From: Podarcis tiliguerta
Lineage: Eukaryota
DNA: 64,000 nt
Assembly (NCBI GenBank): GCA_965153285.1
Contig: OZ229121.1
Direction: 5' to 3' (one strand)
Shown here in pieces: positions 10,611 to 24,067 of this stretch. Position numbers and translations under genes: made by a program. Position 1 is the first letter of the stretch; each line of letters starts with the position of its first letter. The notes below the pieces were generated by a model. The model was given only the letters and a program-made list of their open reading frames with translations, did no database searches and had not been told where the DNA came from.

Positions 10611-13600
10611 CATTCAGATGTTGGCGATACCACGTTAGTTCTCCTGATCACAGCGCCAGCACCTCTGTCCCATTGTCCAGTGCTCCTTTCACACTGAAGT
10701 GCCTACTGCTATGGACAGGCTCCCCTGTGCCATTGGTAGGAGCTGCATCGGTGCCTCCAGAGCTGAGAGGGACCATGGACCATACTCAAAAAGTTTGCTT
10801 TCCATTGCCTTTCACACTCCATCAGTGACTTCCTCCGTGGTAATCGGTGTTGACTCTGCTCTGCTCCGCTCCGCTACAGGAGAGGGCTGCTGCGATGGCC
10901 TATGCCAGCGACCAGATTCCTCCACAGAGGTGCCCAGAGCCAGAGCAAAGAGGCATGATTTTTGCACCCACTTGGACTTGTACCCTGGCCCAGGACCAAC
11001 TCAGCCAACACCTAGGTACGCACCTGTATGGAACTGTTTTTTGGGTTGTTGTTTTTTACCGCTATACTGGCATGCTGCACGATATCTCAGTCACTCCAGT
11101 GGGCATGGTGTGACACAACAACAAATGTCATTGGACAGTGTCACTACTTCCACCCCCTCTTCCGCTGCACACATGCATCCATTCCTCCATGAACTGCCTC
11201 CTGAAAACAACAGGAAAGAACAGTTTGCTGGGATACCGCCCCAAATTTTGTCACTTTACGCCAGCAATTTTCCAAGTTAAATGGGGCTGCAAGTGGATAT
11301 TTCTGGAATCAAATATCACCGAAAGGAGCAATAAACATACACTATCTTCCATTAGCTTTCCAGAAGTGGCTTTTATGTCATGTGAAAGCTCAAATGTAAT
11401 GTGAAAATTAAAGCTAGGGAAATGGAATAAGCTGTTGTGTGAATGCAGCCTGCGTTTTCGATCGGGGTACTTCACTCTGAAGAAACGTAGGTAAAAAAAC
11501 ATACAGTAACTGCTTTCTTTTTCATTCTCTGTTACAGTAACTCACCAGAACCAAAATCCTATTAAAAATAAACAAGTGTGGTCTTAACTTTCAGCCCCAC
11601 TGATTAATCAACTAGTTTTAGCTGATTAATTCACTGATTAAACTGGCTGCAGCTTGAAACTATACTAAAAATTGTTGGAGTTTAAACAATAGCTGGAGGC
11701 ATTTCAGGGTCTCAGAAAATGAAATTTCATCTTCCAGAGAGGAACAACTTCTTCTTCTTCTTTTTACCAATTTGAAAAGGGAAAAATTGACACTGAACTA
11801 ACAAGTAGTAGGTTAATGTTAAAGAGACAGACAACAATTTTAAGGGGCTGCACCTTGATTAAGTACTTGAAATACTTAGAAAGCAAATACAATTTCAGCT
11901 TCTTTAAGGAGAACAGCCTCTTGAGTCAGAATAGAAATGGAGTGTTATTCTTCTCCCGATGATCTGAGCTTTCAGACTAAATGGGCTTTGTCCCATTTCT
12001 GATAGTGTCAAAACTGTATCAGAACATAGGCATGGAGATGTCACATCCAAACACACTTTTGTTCCCTTTGGTTTTACAGCTGGTTTTTACAATGATACAT
12101 AATCAGACAGGAATATAAAAAAAATAAAATAAAATTCTCCCCAATCAGGCTTTTTAAAGGATATATTACTGATGGAACTAATTAATTGGTATTGCCAGAA
12201 ATAAGCCCCAAATTAGAAATTTGTGGTTGCAGCCAGAGCTGAGGGGAAAGAATATCCGCAAGTCAAGGTGAAATGGCATAAAACATAAATGCAAGTGAAT
12301 ATATGTGTTAACACAATAGCTATTTGAAATTTTAAGCCATATTAATAAAATTAATGCCAAGTGCGTATAAGACATACCATACTGCTTTGGGTGTGTGAGT
12401 GGTCCCTAATCTTCTACCTACATCCACATTGTGTGTTTACATGCCATACTGATGATGCTCCACACAATCTCTAAATGGGATTTATTACTTGCAAATAACT
12501 CTCACTATTTTAGTAGAATTATCTTCCTAATAATGGGGTATGAGATCATCTTAAGTGCCATTACTTCAACTTAAATTTCATTTAAATCTGTAAGTCTTAT
12601 TTGCAGATAAGCAGCTTTAGGAATGAGATGCGTGGAAGATTTTGTGAAGGGCCCATTGCCCAGTATGAACATCTAAAAATACATTAACTGATTTCTTACT
12701 CTCCAGTGCTAAATGCCAAACATATGATGAGGAAGTTTTGTACAGAAAAGGATTTAAAACCGAAAATTACAGAAGCACCAGGAAGAACAAAAGCTAAGAT
12801 AGAAAACACAATAACAGAACTATATAAGATAGGATATTAGAGAGAGAGAGAGGTATGCAAGAAGGTATTAAGTGATAAAAGGCTGGTGCATATTTGGGCA
12901 AATCTAACTTTTCTTCTGGCTAACCTCCACATTCCCATGGAGAGTTTGAATAAATAACTATGTCCTTTCTCTCCCCCTTCACATCCATCTCCTTTTAATG
13001 TGTGAATATCTGATGTATTATTAATCTCAACCACAAACCAGCAAGGTTCTCAATCAAAGAACATACCCGTTCTCTCTCAAATTATCTGTTTACAGTTTGC
13101 TAAGAAATATGTTCCTTTAGAAACAGCAAGCATTTAAACTGTGGTTTTATAGAAACAAATCTCTCGGGGGTTATGTTTTTCTATACAATGCTTAACCGTT
13201 TGGCTGAAGTTGATGAAACTAACTTTTACTCAGAAAAGACCCACTGAACTTAATTACTAACTTATTAATTTTAATGGGTCTACTCCGAGTAAAATTACTA
13301 ACCTATTAATTTTAATCCATGCAATCCATATGGATTATGTCAAGGGAATTTGTTAGAAAATTGACGGCCAATATGTAACCTTCCTACATGTTTGATGGAG
13401 TTGCCCGAAGCTGACGTCATTTGCTAAAAACACTTTAAAAGAAACTGAGAAAAGTATAGTACACATCAGTATTACCTGATATGCCAAAAGTGTAGAAATT
13501 TAAATAATGAAATGAAATCTGAAGGTACGGAAACTATTTTTAAAATTTGCTAACAGCAGCTAAATCAGTCATTGTGGGTTCAACTACACCAGACATCTTT

Positions 13601-14065
13601 GTCTCTCTGGTCCCAATCCATTGGTACACATGCACAGCAATGAAATTAACTGTATCTGCCAATCGGATGATTGGCACTGTCAGTTTTGACAGCAGTAGTC
13701 ATATGTGCAGGAGCAAGAGGAGACTGAATGCCATGTCCTCATTTTCCAAAGAGACCATCAGTGCTGACAGCACTAACTGTCAAATCCGGGGTACATTTGC
13801 AGTTCCAGATCCAGAAACAGAAACTGTGGGTTGAGCTCTGATTGCTAGAGGAAGCATGAAAAACTCAGTAATCATGCAAACAACATTCACTTGCCTGCAT
13901 GGTTCTTGATCTTGCTGGGTATGTATATATGAGAGCCACCTCATGCCTATGTGCCAGCCTCTCTGGATCAGCAGAGGTAGCTGCATTCATTTTTCAATAA
14001 ATGAGAAAATGACGTTTCTTTGAATTGTGTTGTATGTTCATGTCACATAGAGGGATTTTACATTA

Positions 14066-14225
14066 GGTAGCGCTGTGGTCTAAACCACTGAGCTTCTTGG
14101 GCTTGCTAATCTGAAGGTCGGCAGTTCGAATCCCCGCGATGGGGTGAGCTCTCGTTGCTCGGTCCCAGCTCCTGCCAACCTAGCAGTTCAAAAGCACACC
14201 AGTGCAAGTAGATAAATAGGTACTA
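14066..14225 (+). mobile_element. Sauria SINE, partial (5' half)
   Basis: GCGCTGTGGTCTAAACCACTGAGC...GGCAGTTCGAATCCC...GTGCAAGTAGATAAATAGGTAC matches the fuller copies in this window. Confidence 0.85.
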
Positions 14226-14962
14226 ATAAGTACGGATAAGGGGGCCTTATCTTTCTCCAGAGAGGCAGCAGCAGAACTAATTTTGGCAGCTACACTTTGC
14301 ACCCAACATTTTATTTTCCCCAAATGCCCCGAACTTTGGATCATTCTAGGGAGAAAGCTGACATGTTTGTGGTGGCCAGTGATTCCCCCCCCCCCCTTGG
14401 AAGGCCCCAATGATGCAACATTTAGAGCATTCTGTGCATATAAAATGGGCACCGCTAGGGGCAGCCACCCAAATCTGCTTCATTGCTGTTACCTCCACAG
14501 CAAAAAAGAAAAGTCAGATAAAAACTACAACAATAGCAATTTTATTATTTCTATCCCACTGGTCTGCCTGGGTTGCCCCAGCCACTCTGGGGGGTTCAAG
14601 TCAAAGAAACAAGTAAAAGAAAAATTAGAAATTTGAGTTTAATAAATTAATAAGGAAACAATTGGTAATTAATATTGAAACTAAAGGTTTCAGCACAGGA
14701 AAACAAATGGACTAAAATAATTAGGAAAAATGTTCTGCATACACTTAGATCAGATGGTTAATCTGACATTTTACATTAATGGCAAAAGTTAATTATGCAT
14801 AGTTACATATGAGTAATTTCTATTTATAGCAGTGTGGCTAACTTCCAAGTAAATAGTTTTGGGGTTAGATTGTAAGAACACTTTTAAGTAATAGGTTCTA
14901 GTCATTGGTTATGAAACAGGAGTGAGTATTGGTTTCCCTCAACTACTGCAGAACACAATGTT

Positions 14963-14966
<4 letters not shown>

Positions 14967-14994
<28 letters not shown>
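14967..14994. repeat. (GT)n microsatellite
   Basis: Direct observation. Confidence 0.95.
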
Positions 14995-17174
14995 TTCATT
15001 TCCTCTGTTTTGCTAGTATTTTGTGACTTTTAAGCCATGACTAAGCATATACACTTTCCAAGTCTAACTCATTGAGTAATAATCACACCATATACAACTA
15101 AATATATTGCACATTTTAATGATGATTTGCATAGAATACCCAGTCCTACCCCTGCTTCGAAATGATGAAAAACTAGGGACAAATTACTTCTTTTAAATTA
15201 AATAATTACAGTGCTTTTTAATTGTCTTTATTTATACACCTGAAAAAGGTCAAAAAAAACACCTGAAAACCATAATCTAAGTACATGAATATATATTTTA
15301 GCACAACCTTTCTCTACAAACCATTTTCATAAGCAATTTTGTTTTGCATGATTACCCAAATTGCTGTTCCTGAACATGTCTGCAAGGATTTATACTTAAG
15401 ACCGAGAAATCATGTTATGATGTTTCTTTTGTATAAAACATTTACTCAGTATTTGTTTATTTGTTGTGAGGTCCCCTTCCTCCAAGTTGCTCAGAGCATC
15501 AATTTTAGACTTTTATGTGGTCTGCCATACAAAAGAGAAATTAGTGCCTGATTTATATCTCTAAGGGAAATATTATGACTGTAATTTCCCACTCATACAC
15601 TCAGTGAAGTTATGTGGAGCCCAGTGGCAAAAATGTGCATGGAACACAGGACAGGACTGTAACCTAAAAGCTACAACTTGTGAGTGCAACTTGTGGGTGC
15701 AAGAACAGATGGCACTATATACTGTACTGCTGTAATAGTTTCAGCATATAGAGCAGGAGTATTCTCTAAAGTTTTCAGCACAGTTGTTTCTGCTGCCAAA
15801 GAGGCAAGCAGAGTTTTATACTGAAAAGCAAAATACCTGCCTGGCAGTCAGAGAGCAATTCAGTTGCAAACTGTGTTTTTCTCTACCGAGATTTCATTTT
15901 TCTTCTTCTCTTTTGGACTACAGTCTTTGTTACTGAAGTAATTTGCTAGATAATTAATGACAGATTGATCATTAACTATTGTTTATTTATTCATCAAAAC
16001 TATACTGTTTATCCATTTTGGGGGGGGGGGGTTTGGCTTATTTTAAAGCTCACAGGACTATATAATATTGCACTCCTTTCTTGTTCTGAGCAAAGCACAT
16101 AGATGGGGAAATGTTGCATATGTTAGATAAGAATATGCCCAAATGCTTTGATATATGTTGCGAAATCATGAATGTGTTTTAACCAGAGCAGATATGGTTA
16201 TATACAACTCTTAAGGTGAACTCTAAAAATAAAAGCATTTTGTTCAAGAACATGAACCCCCTTGAACATGGAAAATTCCAAACCATAACAAGGAGTCGCA
16301 AAGTATTTTCCACCATCCAATTCATTCCCCAAACTTTCCATTGAGAAAAACCTTAGAGTCCTCTATAGCATGGATAAAAACCTCAATCTCCTAATAGCGG
16401 TCCTTTCTGCCCCAAACCAGTTTTTCAGGCCTTGGTCTCAAAACATCAATACTTCCTAGCGGTCTACTTAAATACCTGCCAATATTTGGTGTTGCTCTGT
16501 CCCCTAAAATGTCCATGGGCATGTGACAGCAGATGAATGAAAGCAAAACTAAAAAAATGTGTTTTTTAACTAGCCAGTTAAGGACTGAAAGTCTCGCCCA
16601 TTTAATTGGGAGAGCTAAGAACGTGCATAACTCTTTCCCAGTGAAATCAATGGCAACCAAGCCTGCAAGCGTAATTCCATAATTCTTATACACAGTTAAC
16701 TGAGAGTACAGGCCCAAGGAGATGAGGTGCTGGGAGATTCATGATCAGATCTTCTATGGATTTGTTTGTTTGTTTTAGTTTTAGTTATTGGGGAAGGGGC
16801 TGAATAGGAGCAGGTGTGAGAGTATGTAACCTTTTAGAATTGTGTTTTTCTCCCCTTATCTAAATCACCTACGAACCTTTCCCTGTAGATCAGGTATGTG
16901 GTGCCTGTTCTAGTGCTATTCTCCCAGTGCTATTTGGGGATGCCCACAGCTGTTCTAAACTAAAGCAAACACTAAAGGAGATCTAATCCTATATCTCCCA
17001 GCATCTCAACTAGTTATTCTGCTGAAATCAGGGGGGCTATACATAGGATATACATTCGGCTATGCCCTGTTTCTTTTAAGGGAGTAAACCACTGGATTTT
17101 ATTATTTTAGCACTTTAATTCTGAAAAGTTATGCAGCATATGCAAAGGTAACTTTCATTCAATAAAGCAACTGA

Positions 17175-17290
17175 CTTCACCAACTTGGTGCTCTCCTGAT
17201 GTTTTAGACTACAACACCCATCAGTCCCAGCCTGGGGCCGGTGGGAATTGTAGTCCAAAACACCCGGAGGGCACCAAGTTGATGAAGGCT
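17175..17290. mobile_element. Short hairpin MITE (CTACAACTCCC family)
   Basis: Inverted arms CTTCACCAACTTGGTGC / GCACCAAGTTGATGAAG and GACTACAA / TTGTAGTC. Confidence 0.8.
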
Positions 17291-17549
17291 GTGATAAATC
17301 CACTAGTGCTAACAAAGAGTAGTATGCGTGTGTGTGTGTGTGTGTTTTCCAGGCATTTGTTATGATCACTAAACAGTCTTAAAAGTTCACAAAACATGTC
17401 AAGAAGTTGGCTCAAATGTTCCCGTTTCCCACATCATGAATAGATTTTCACTTCGGGTTACATATATAGGAAAACTGGAATTGGAGTCTATCTGACTATT
17501 AATGTAATGTATTATTTCCCCCCACCTGATTGGGAGGACCAGTCATAAT

Positions 17550-17997
17550 TGTCGGTCACTTCGGAAGCTGATTTCAGGCGCAGTTGGGCTGTACCTCAAA
17601 TGGAAGACTTTGGTTTTGCAGATGAACTTTATTTACTATACGTTCAAAATCCCACGTTTCGATACGAACAGCATCGTTCTGTGCTGCCGGGGAGTAGGAG
17701 CCTAAAAGAGTTTCTTATCCTCTTCCTTTGGCAGCCCGATCCACTCCTTGAACTCGGGTAGTGACAACGACCTGCAGGAGGCAGCGGACTCTGCATGGCC
17801 CAGCACAGCCCCACAGAGCAAGCCGAGGGGGGGAGCTGTGGCAAAAGGGGAAGAAGGTGCTGCCAGTGGCCCTAGACCACCAGAAAGAGCCTGTTCCCTA
17901 ACCCTAGAACAACTTTGGTATTCCGTAGGACTGCAGTAAGAGACTTTTTAGGGGCATGCAGGACACAGGTGGAGGTGCAAACCTCCGAGACACTACA
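17550..17997 (-). mobile_element. Probable solo LTR
   Basis: GC/CpG-richer block with TG...CA ends and imperfect 5-bp flanks ATAAT/ATTAT. AATAAA on the minus strand (~17628) lies ~80 bp from the end. Confidence 0.5.
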
Positions 17998-20900
17998 ATT
18001 ATTATGGGGAATATGGTCAGGGCTGTAGCCCTTGGTATTTTATGCCTGTTCACATGAAGAGACTGGCGGTGAATGCTTAAAACAAAAATATAGTTATGGT
18101 GTATATAAATGCCATGTCAAGGATTAATAATTATTTATTCTAAAACTGTTATTAGGTTTAAAACATCATGCGGGAAATAGTATTCACAGAGTCAAATTAT
18201 ATAGTACACATTCTGTCTGCTGTTATGCTTGTAAGAGACCTAAAATTGTGCCAATGTCATGAACTGGAAATGCAGGACTACAGCAAACATATATTTATTA
18301 ATTCTCCGCACAGCGGCAAGCCTATAAATTAAATCCTTTGACAAACCTTTTGCTTATTTCTTAATATTCTCATGCTAACTAAAATAGGGATCAACTCCCC
18401 TCATACCGCTATTAATAGGAATAAATAATGTATCGCTTAAATGCTACATGGTCTTCTGTGACCTCATGTTTCTCAATGAAATCTGGATTTATATCACATT
18501 AGTGTAATGTAGCTCTTAGAACTATGCAAGTTAAGCAAAATATTACTCTTGATGTAATACTTTAGTGAACACAGTGGTCCTTTATTACGACTTTTGCATT
18601 CACTTTAAATGGAACTTAGGTTCACTCAGGTAATATTTTCCCAGAATTAAGCACAGGAAAGATATCAGATGTTTATAAGTTGATGAGCACAAGAATTAGG
18701 GTTTCGTTGAGGAAGGAAGGTACTTTTTAATTGAAGGTACTTCACAAAATGAAGACTAGGACATAAAAATATATTAAAACCAGTGACGTTAGCCAAGGAT
18801 CTTTGTCAAAGTTCTTAGCATTTGTTTGAAAGCTAAATAAACTCAGACTAGCGTTCTTCAGTTCTCTGCCACTGGTGCCAAAGTGTACATTTTGGAGGTG
18901 AGCCAGATCTGTGTTGTATTGCCTTCACAAGCCAAAAAAGAAAACGATGGAGGAAGAGGAGAAAGAAGGAAGAAAGAGTACTATCAATCTTAATCTTGAA
19001 TCTCTGCCACCTAAACCTGGAGCTGCTGCCTGGAGAAAAGCCAGCTTCCTGCTATGTCCTATCAGATATTAACACATAAAACCGTCTAACACTACAATTG
19101 TGGGAAACTGTGAGATACTGCAACGCCGGGGGGGGGGGGGTGAGTGGAAGTTGAGGGCCTCAGCCCTTATTCCAACCCCTTGTCTGTGTTTAAGAAGAGA
19201 GACACTCTTGGCAAAGATGCAGAGCCCTATACAATAATAAAAATGTTTAACCAAATGATGAAAGCGTGACATCCAGATACATAAACAATGATGATAAAAT
19301 GTGACCCGAATAATGACATCAACTTTTCTAAACACTGGGAAAGTGTTACGGAAGACAACAGCGCCGTGGGGAACTTTCTCTTCTACAGACAAGAAAATTG
19401 AATGTCCTAATTTTGTTTAATTAAAAATACAAAAACACACCACAAATTACAGGCATGACATGGTCTAAACATTCCCATGTGTCTCTGATACACTTCTATT
19501 GCCTTTTACAGCCAAAGCCTCGTCCCTTTCTCCTCCTACATCTCCCCTTAATTGGAGGTATATATAATCTGAATGCAAAGTACAACTCTATAGAAGTGCC
19601 TTCTATACACGGACATTTAGTGCCGCCCCCTCAAGCATTGTCACTCAAATCAATGGAAGTGTTTCTGATTAAGGCTGCAATCCTCTGACATTTACCTGGG
19701 ATTGAGTACTATAATCTCAACTGGTCTTGTTTCTGAGTAGACATGTATAGGACTGGCCTGTTAGTGGTTTAAAGAGGAATATTTACAGCTATTCACTCCA
19801 GCTGCATCAAATACATGCAAACTAGGAACTTGATCTTTTGCTCTCTTGGTACTGTTAAAAGAAGGAACCACTAGCCAAAATTCAACTGTTTCAAGTCCCA
19901 TTGATACAAATATAAGCTTTAAGTGCTAAATATCCGTTGAAATCATTGAGATTTCACAGTGTTTATATTAATTTAAGAAGATCTAATTTTTAGTTACTTT
20001 TCTTGCATATTTTTCATCATGAATTGACCTGTTGCAATTTAATTCTATGGCAATTTAAAACAATATAGAAATATTATTCTTATTCTAGCAATACCTGAAC
20101 AGAAGTTTCCTACTATAAATAACCATATAATCATCATTAAGGAGATGTCATTCTTTATTATAAAACTTGTGTCTGTACTTAAAGCACATAGCCTGATTGA
20201 ATAGCAATCAAGAGTACAAATAGTTTTGTTCTAAGTTTGATGTCTAAATGAATTTAGCAGTAAATAGTGTTGGACAACCAACTTCCAAAGCAGCCAGATT
20301 TTTAAAATCGATCTCTTACTTTTCAAAATACTTGGACATTTAAGATTATTAAAATTGTTCAGATGTTACTTGGAAATATCAGCTTTATAATTTTTGAAAA
20401 CATCACATGTCACTCCCTGCATGAAATAGATTCAATTAGACGGCAGCTAAACATTCACATGTGAAAAGGAAATTGTCTTATTTTTTCTTCTTTTCATAGA
20501 AACAGATATCACTAACAACTTGTATTTAATAGGAAATGACAGTCTATAGTGGGCATTATATAATTCAAATATAATTATGCAGTTGGTCATGTTATATAAT
20601 TACATTATTTTTGTGCATCTACCTGTCTCTCTGAAATGATAGGGCATCTCTTTTGATCAATATTGCATGAACCTCTTGCAAAAATCATTTTGCAGCTTAT
20701 TGCTGTAGTGAAAATACAGACATCTGAGTATATCTTCACCTTCCTTACAGATTTCAACAATAATAATAATTTTGGTTGTTGTTTTTTAAAAGGTACATTC
20801 TTTTTCCAAACAAGATACTTTTGTAAAATACAAATGCATGTTTCCTGTAGAGGCTTCCTAGCCCTTTTTTTAAAAAAGAGTAACACGTGGAAATAATTAA

Positions 20901-21879
20901 AAGAGACTCTTTCAGAAGCAATTGCTGTAGAATCCAAATGTCACATTCTGCTGTGTAGTACTGCTCCAGCACAGACATATATCAACATCTATCACTCAAG
21001 CACACCCCCTGAACACGCTCTGCTCCTTTTTCTGATTAGAGATTACAGTTGCTTGAGTTGTCTTACAGGGTGTCACTGGTTTGAATGACAGATGTCTGGG
21101 CTGGAGTGTCACCCTTCTTATTTTCATTTTGGATATGAAACCAATATTCCTGAAAGGCTACGTTTTCTTTAGCTATTATCCAGCTGTTTAAAACACAGTT
21201 TACCCACAGTATGCCAGAATGTACCATTCAATACATTTCTAGTCCACAAAATGTATTTCATTTCCTTCTTTCATTTAAAACACATAATTCTTTAAGTTTA
21301 CACTAAATTAAACTCAAATCAGATTTTCCTAAAGTGGAATTATAATGGCTAACCAGGAAACATGATCTCTTTTTAAAGAGCGACAAAAAAAGGGGGGGCT
21401 CCTCTTCTAAATATTTAAGAAAAGTTTACTCTGGACAAGAGAGTGTTCAGAGACAGCGCAAGGAAAATCTGAAAGGCTGCCTGCACCCTCCAGATTCAGC
21501 GCAGTAATTCGTAATAAAACCAAAGCAACTAACCCAGGTGATTACTTTTTCCCGGACAACATGGTAGCCCAAGAATGAAACATCCAAGAGACAAAAGGTA
21601 GCAAGAGCAGCCTGGTGGGTGTCCCACAGATGCCTATGGGGGAATTGCCCCAGAGCCTGTGCAGCTTGCAGGTGGCAGCTGTGCAGCTGCCCAGAGCCAC
21701 CCCCCCTCCAAGATCAAACTTTTGCCAGCCACCAAGCTGGGCAGGGAGGCAAGGTGGGCAAAGTGGCTCTGCAAAAAGTGGTCCCCATCTCCTCTCGCCT
21801 CCCATCCCTCGCCTCCTGTGACCCCCAGACAGTGCGGAGGCAAGAGCCACCCAAAGATGCCAGACCTAGGCAGACTTAC

Positions 21880-22051
21880 CGAAGAGCTTGCTGGGAGCGT
21901 CCTCGTTGTCATTTGATTCCACAGGCGCAAGCAGGGGCTCATTCAGCTCGTTGTCTGAAGCAGCTGCCTTGTCCTCACCTCTCAACTCTGCATTCATTTC
22001 ACTCCGCAGTGACAGCAAGGGCTTACTGACTTGTCCAGCTATCATTGGATC
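21880..22051 (-). CDS. POU6F2: POU6F2 (POU class 6 homeobox 2 / RPF-1) internal coding exon, equivalent to human exon 2
   Basis: Manual minus-strand translation gives DPMIAGQVSKPLLSLRSEMNAELRGEDKAAASDNELNEPLLAPVESNDNEDAPSKLF+G. This matches the human POU6F2 N-terminus as I recall it (DPMIAGQVSKPLLSVRSEMNAELRGEDKAATSDSELNEPLLAPVESNDSEDTPSKLFG). Acceptor ttttcccccacatcctag|GAT (AG at 22053-22052), donor TTCG|gtaagt (GT at 21879-21878), length 172 nt. Confidence 0.95.
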
Positions 22052-22152
22052 CTAGGATGTGGGGGGAAAAGAGTGAGGGGGGGAGGGAAGTGGCAGCCTT
22101 GGTGCGCGTATTCCTATCTCTCACTCCCTCTCTCCCCTTTTTCTCTCTTGTG

Positions 22153-22177
22153 CACACACACACACACACACACACAC
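22153..22177. repeat. (CA)n microsatellite ~100 nt upstream of the POU6F2 exon acceptor
   Basis: Direct observation; reads (UG)n in the minus-strand pre-mRNA. Confidence 0.9.
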
Positions 22178-23208
22178 TCCTTCTCTTATCTCTGGCTGCT
22201 CCTGCTGTTATTGCTGGCTGCAGTCAAGTGAAGAGCTATTACAGACCCAATGAGTTTTCCATTACTCCCCACCCTATTAAAGCTCAACTAGCATGTGAGA
22301 GATTCCGGATGCTTCGGAGAGAAAACTTCAGGGGAAGCGGCAATAAGCAGCGCTGCTCTAATTGTGGGACGTGCTGCTTTTGCGTGCATCTTTTTACACC
22401 TCGCTCTTTTACTTTAATGCGGTAAGAAAGGGGTGATGGTCCAGCAGCGCTTTTTTCTTTCTTTCTTTTTTTAAGGCTGCGAATGTCCTAGAGCTCTCTC
22501 TCTCTCTCTCAAAAGGAAAAGCTTTCTCACTCCAATAGCAATCAAATCAGAAGCAAAACAGCAACGCTCACAATATTAAAACTGTTTCCACAACACTGCA
22601 AAGTAATAATTCAAATGGCACAAGTATTTCATATAATCAAAAGACAATCAAGGAAAGGTTTACTTTTGCCTTTGGGTTATTAGGCTCTGAAAGTCCATAA
22701 TCTCACACTTAAGGAAAAAGATATATATATATATACAGGCAGGCAGACAAATAAAAGAAACATATATATTCACATTTGAAAAAGACAAAACTAGCAAAGG
22801 ATACTTACTAAATTTTTGCAATCATGCTGGTGTTTGGGACATTATAATTCCACAACGCATCTACGCAATATATATGTATAGTTTTCAAATGTTTCCTGAT
22901 TATCTGAATCTATTTGATCTTCTCATTCAGAGGAATGGAGGGGGAGTTCAGTTCTGATTTCCAAAACAATCTAGCATTCTTCAGTTTTGCCAATAAGCAG
23001 CAGAAACTGGGGTGGGGGGTGGGGATGGGGAGCCGAAAAGAAACAAGTGACCTTGTTTTGCGATCTCCCAACTATTTATTGCTAAGTTCATGCCTAAATG
23101 GTTCTTATGCAGAGAACAGGTGACCAGCGCAGAAATAGGTTGGTTAGCATGTTCCCTCTGCCCCATCCGCACATTGGTCGATGTGGTTGCCTATGGGTTT
23201 TTTTAATG

Positions 23209-24067
23209 NNNNNNNNNNNNNNNNNNNNNNNNNNNNNNNNNNNNNNNNNNNNNNNNNNNNNNNNNNNNNNNNNNNNNNNNNNNNNNNNNNNNNNNNNNNN
23301 NNNNNNNNNNNNNNNNNNNNNNNNNNNNNNNNNNNNNNNNNNNNNNNNNNNNNNNNNNNNNNNNNNNNNNNNNNNNNNNNNNNNNNNNNNNNNNNNNNNN
23401 NNNNNNNNNNNNNNNNNNNNNNNNNNNNNNNNNNNNNNNNNNNNNNNNNNNNNNNNNNNNNNNNNNNTTCAANNNNNNNNNNNNNNNNNNNNNNNNNNNN
23501 NNNNNNNNNNNNNNNNNNNNNNNNNNNNNNNNNNNNNNNNNNNNNNNNNNNNNNNNNNNNNNNNNNNNNNNNNNNNNNNNNNNNNNNNNNNNNNNNNNNN
23601 NNNNNNNNNNNNNNNNNNNNGNNNNNNNNNNNNNNNNNNNNNNNNNNNNNNNNNNNNNNNNNNNNNNNNNNNNNNNNNNNNNNNNNNNNNNNNNNNNNNN
23701 NNNNNNNNNNNNNNNNNNNNNNNNNNNNNNNNNNNNNNNNNNNNNNNNNNNNNNNNNNNNNNNNNNNNNNNNNNNNNNNNNNNNNNNNNNNNNNNNNNNN
23801 NTGCAGGGAGAGAGAGAGAGGAGGGGAGGAGGGAGCGAGNNNNNNNNNNNNNNNNNNNNNNNNNNNNNNNNNNNNNNNNNNNNNNNNNNNNNNNNNNNNN
23901 NNNNNNNNNNNNNNNNNNNNNNNNNNNNNNNNNNNNNNNNNNNNNNNNNNNNNNNNNNNNNNNNNNNNNNNNNNNNNNNNNNNNNNNNNNNNNNNNNNNN
24001 NNNNNNNNNNNNNNNNNNNNNNNNNNNNNNNNNNNNNNNNNNNNNNNNNNNNNNNNNNNNNNNNNNN
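23209..24067. other. Assembly gap with tiny called islands
   Basis: N runs interrupted by TTCAA, a single G and a GA-rich 38-mer. Confidence 1.

Noticed and set aside
10699-11280. 193-aa ORF
   Set aside because: Non-ATG start, no recognisable domain and no splice support; probably a chance ORF in moderately GC-rich DNA.
1-21879. Next POU6F2 coding exon (ARGNPALSDPG-like); upstream first exons were also sought in 22052-64000
   Set aside because: None was found by eye. This fits the very large introns I recall for this gene, but short or diverged exons could have been missed.
21542-22029. ORF-track ORFs overlapping the exon (102-136 aa)
   Set aside because: They are wrong-frame or antisense read-throughs of the GC-rich exon and intron start; the true frame is defined by the POU6F2 match and the splice sites.
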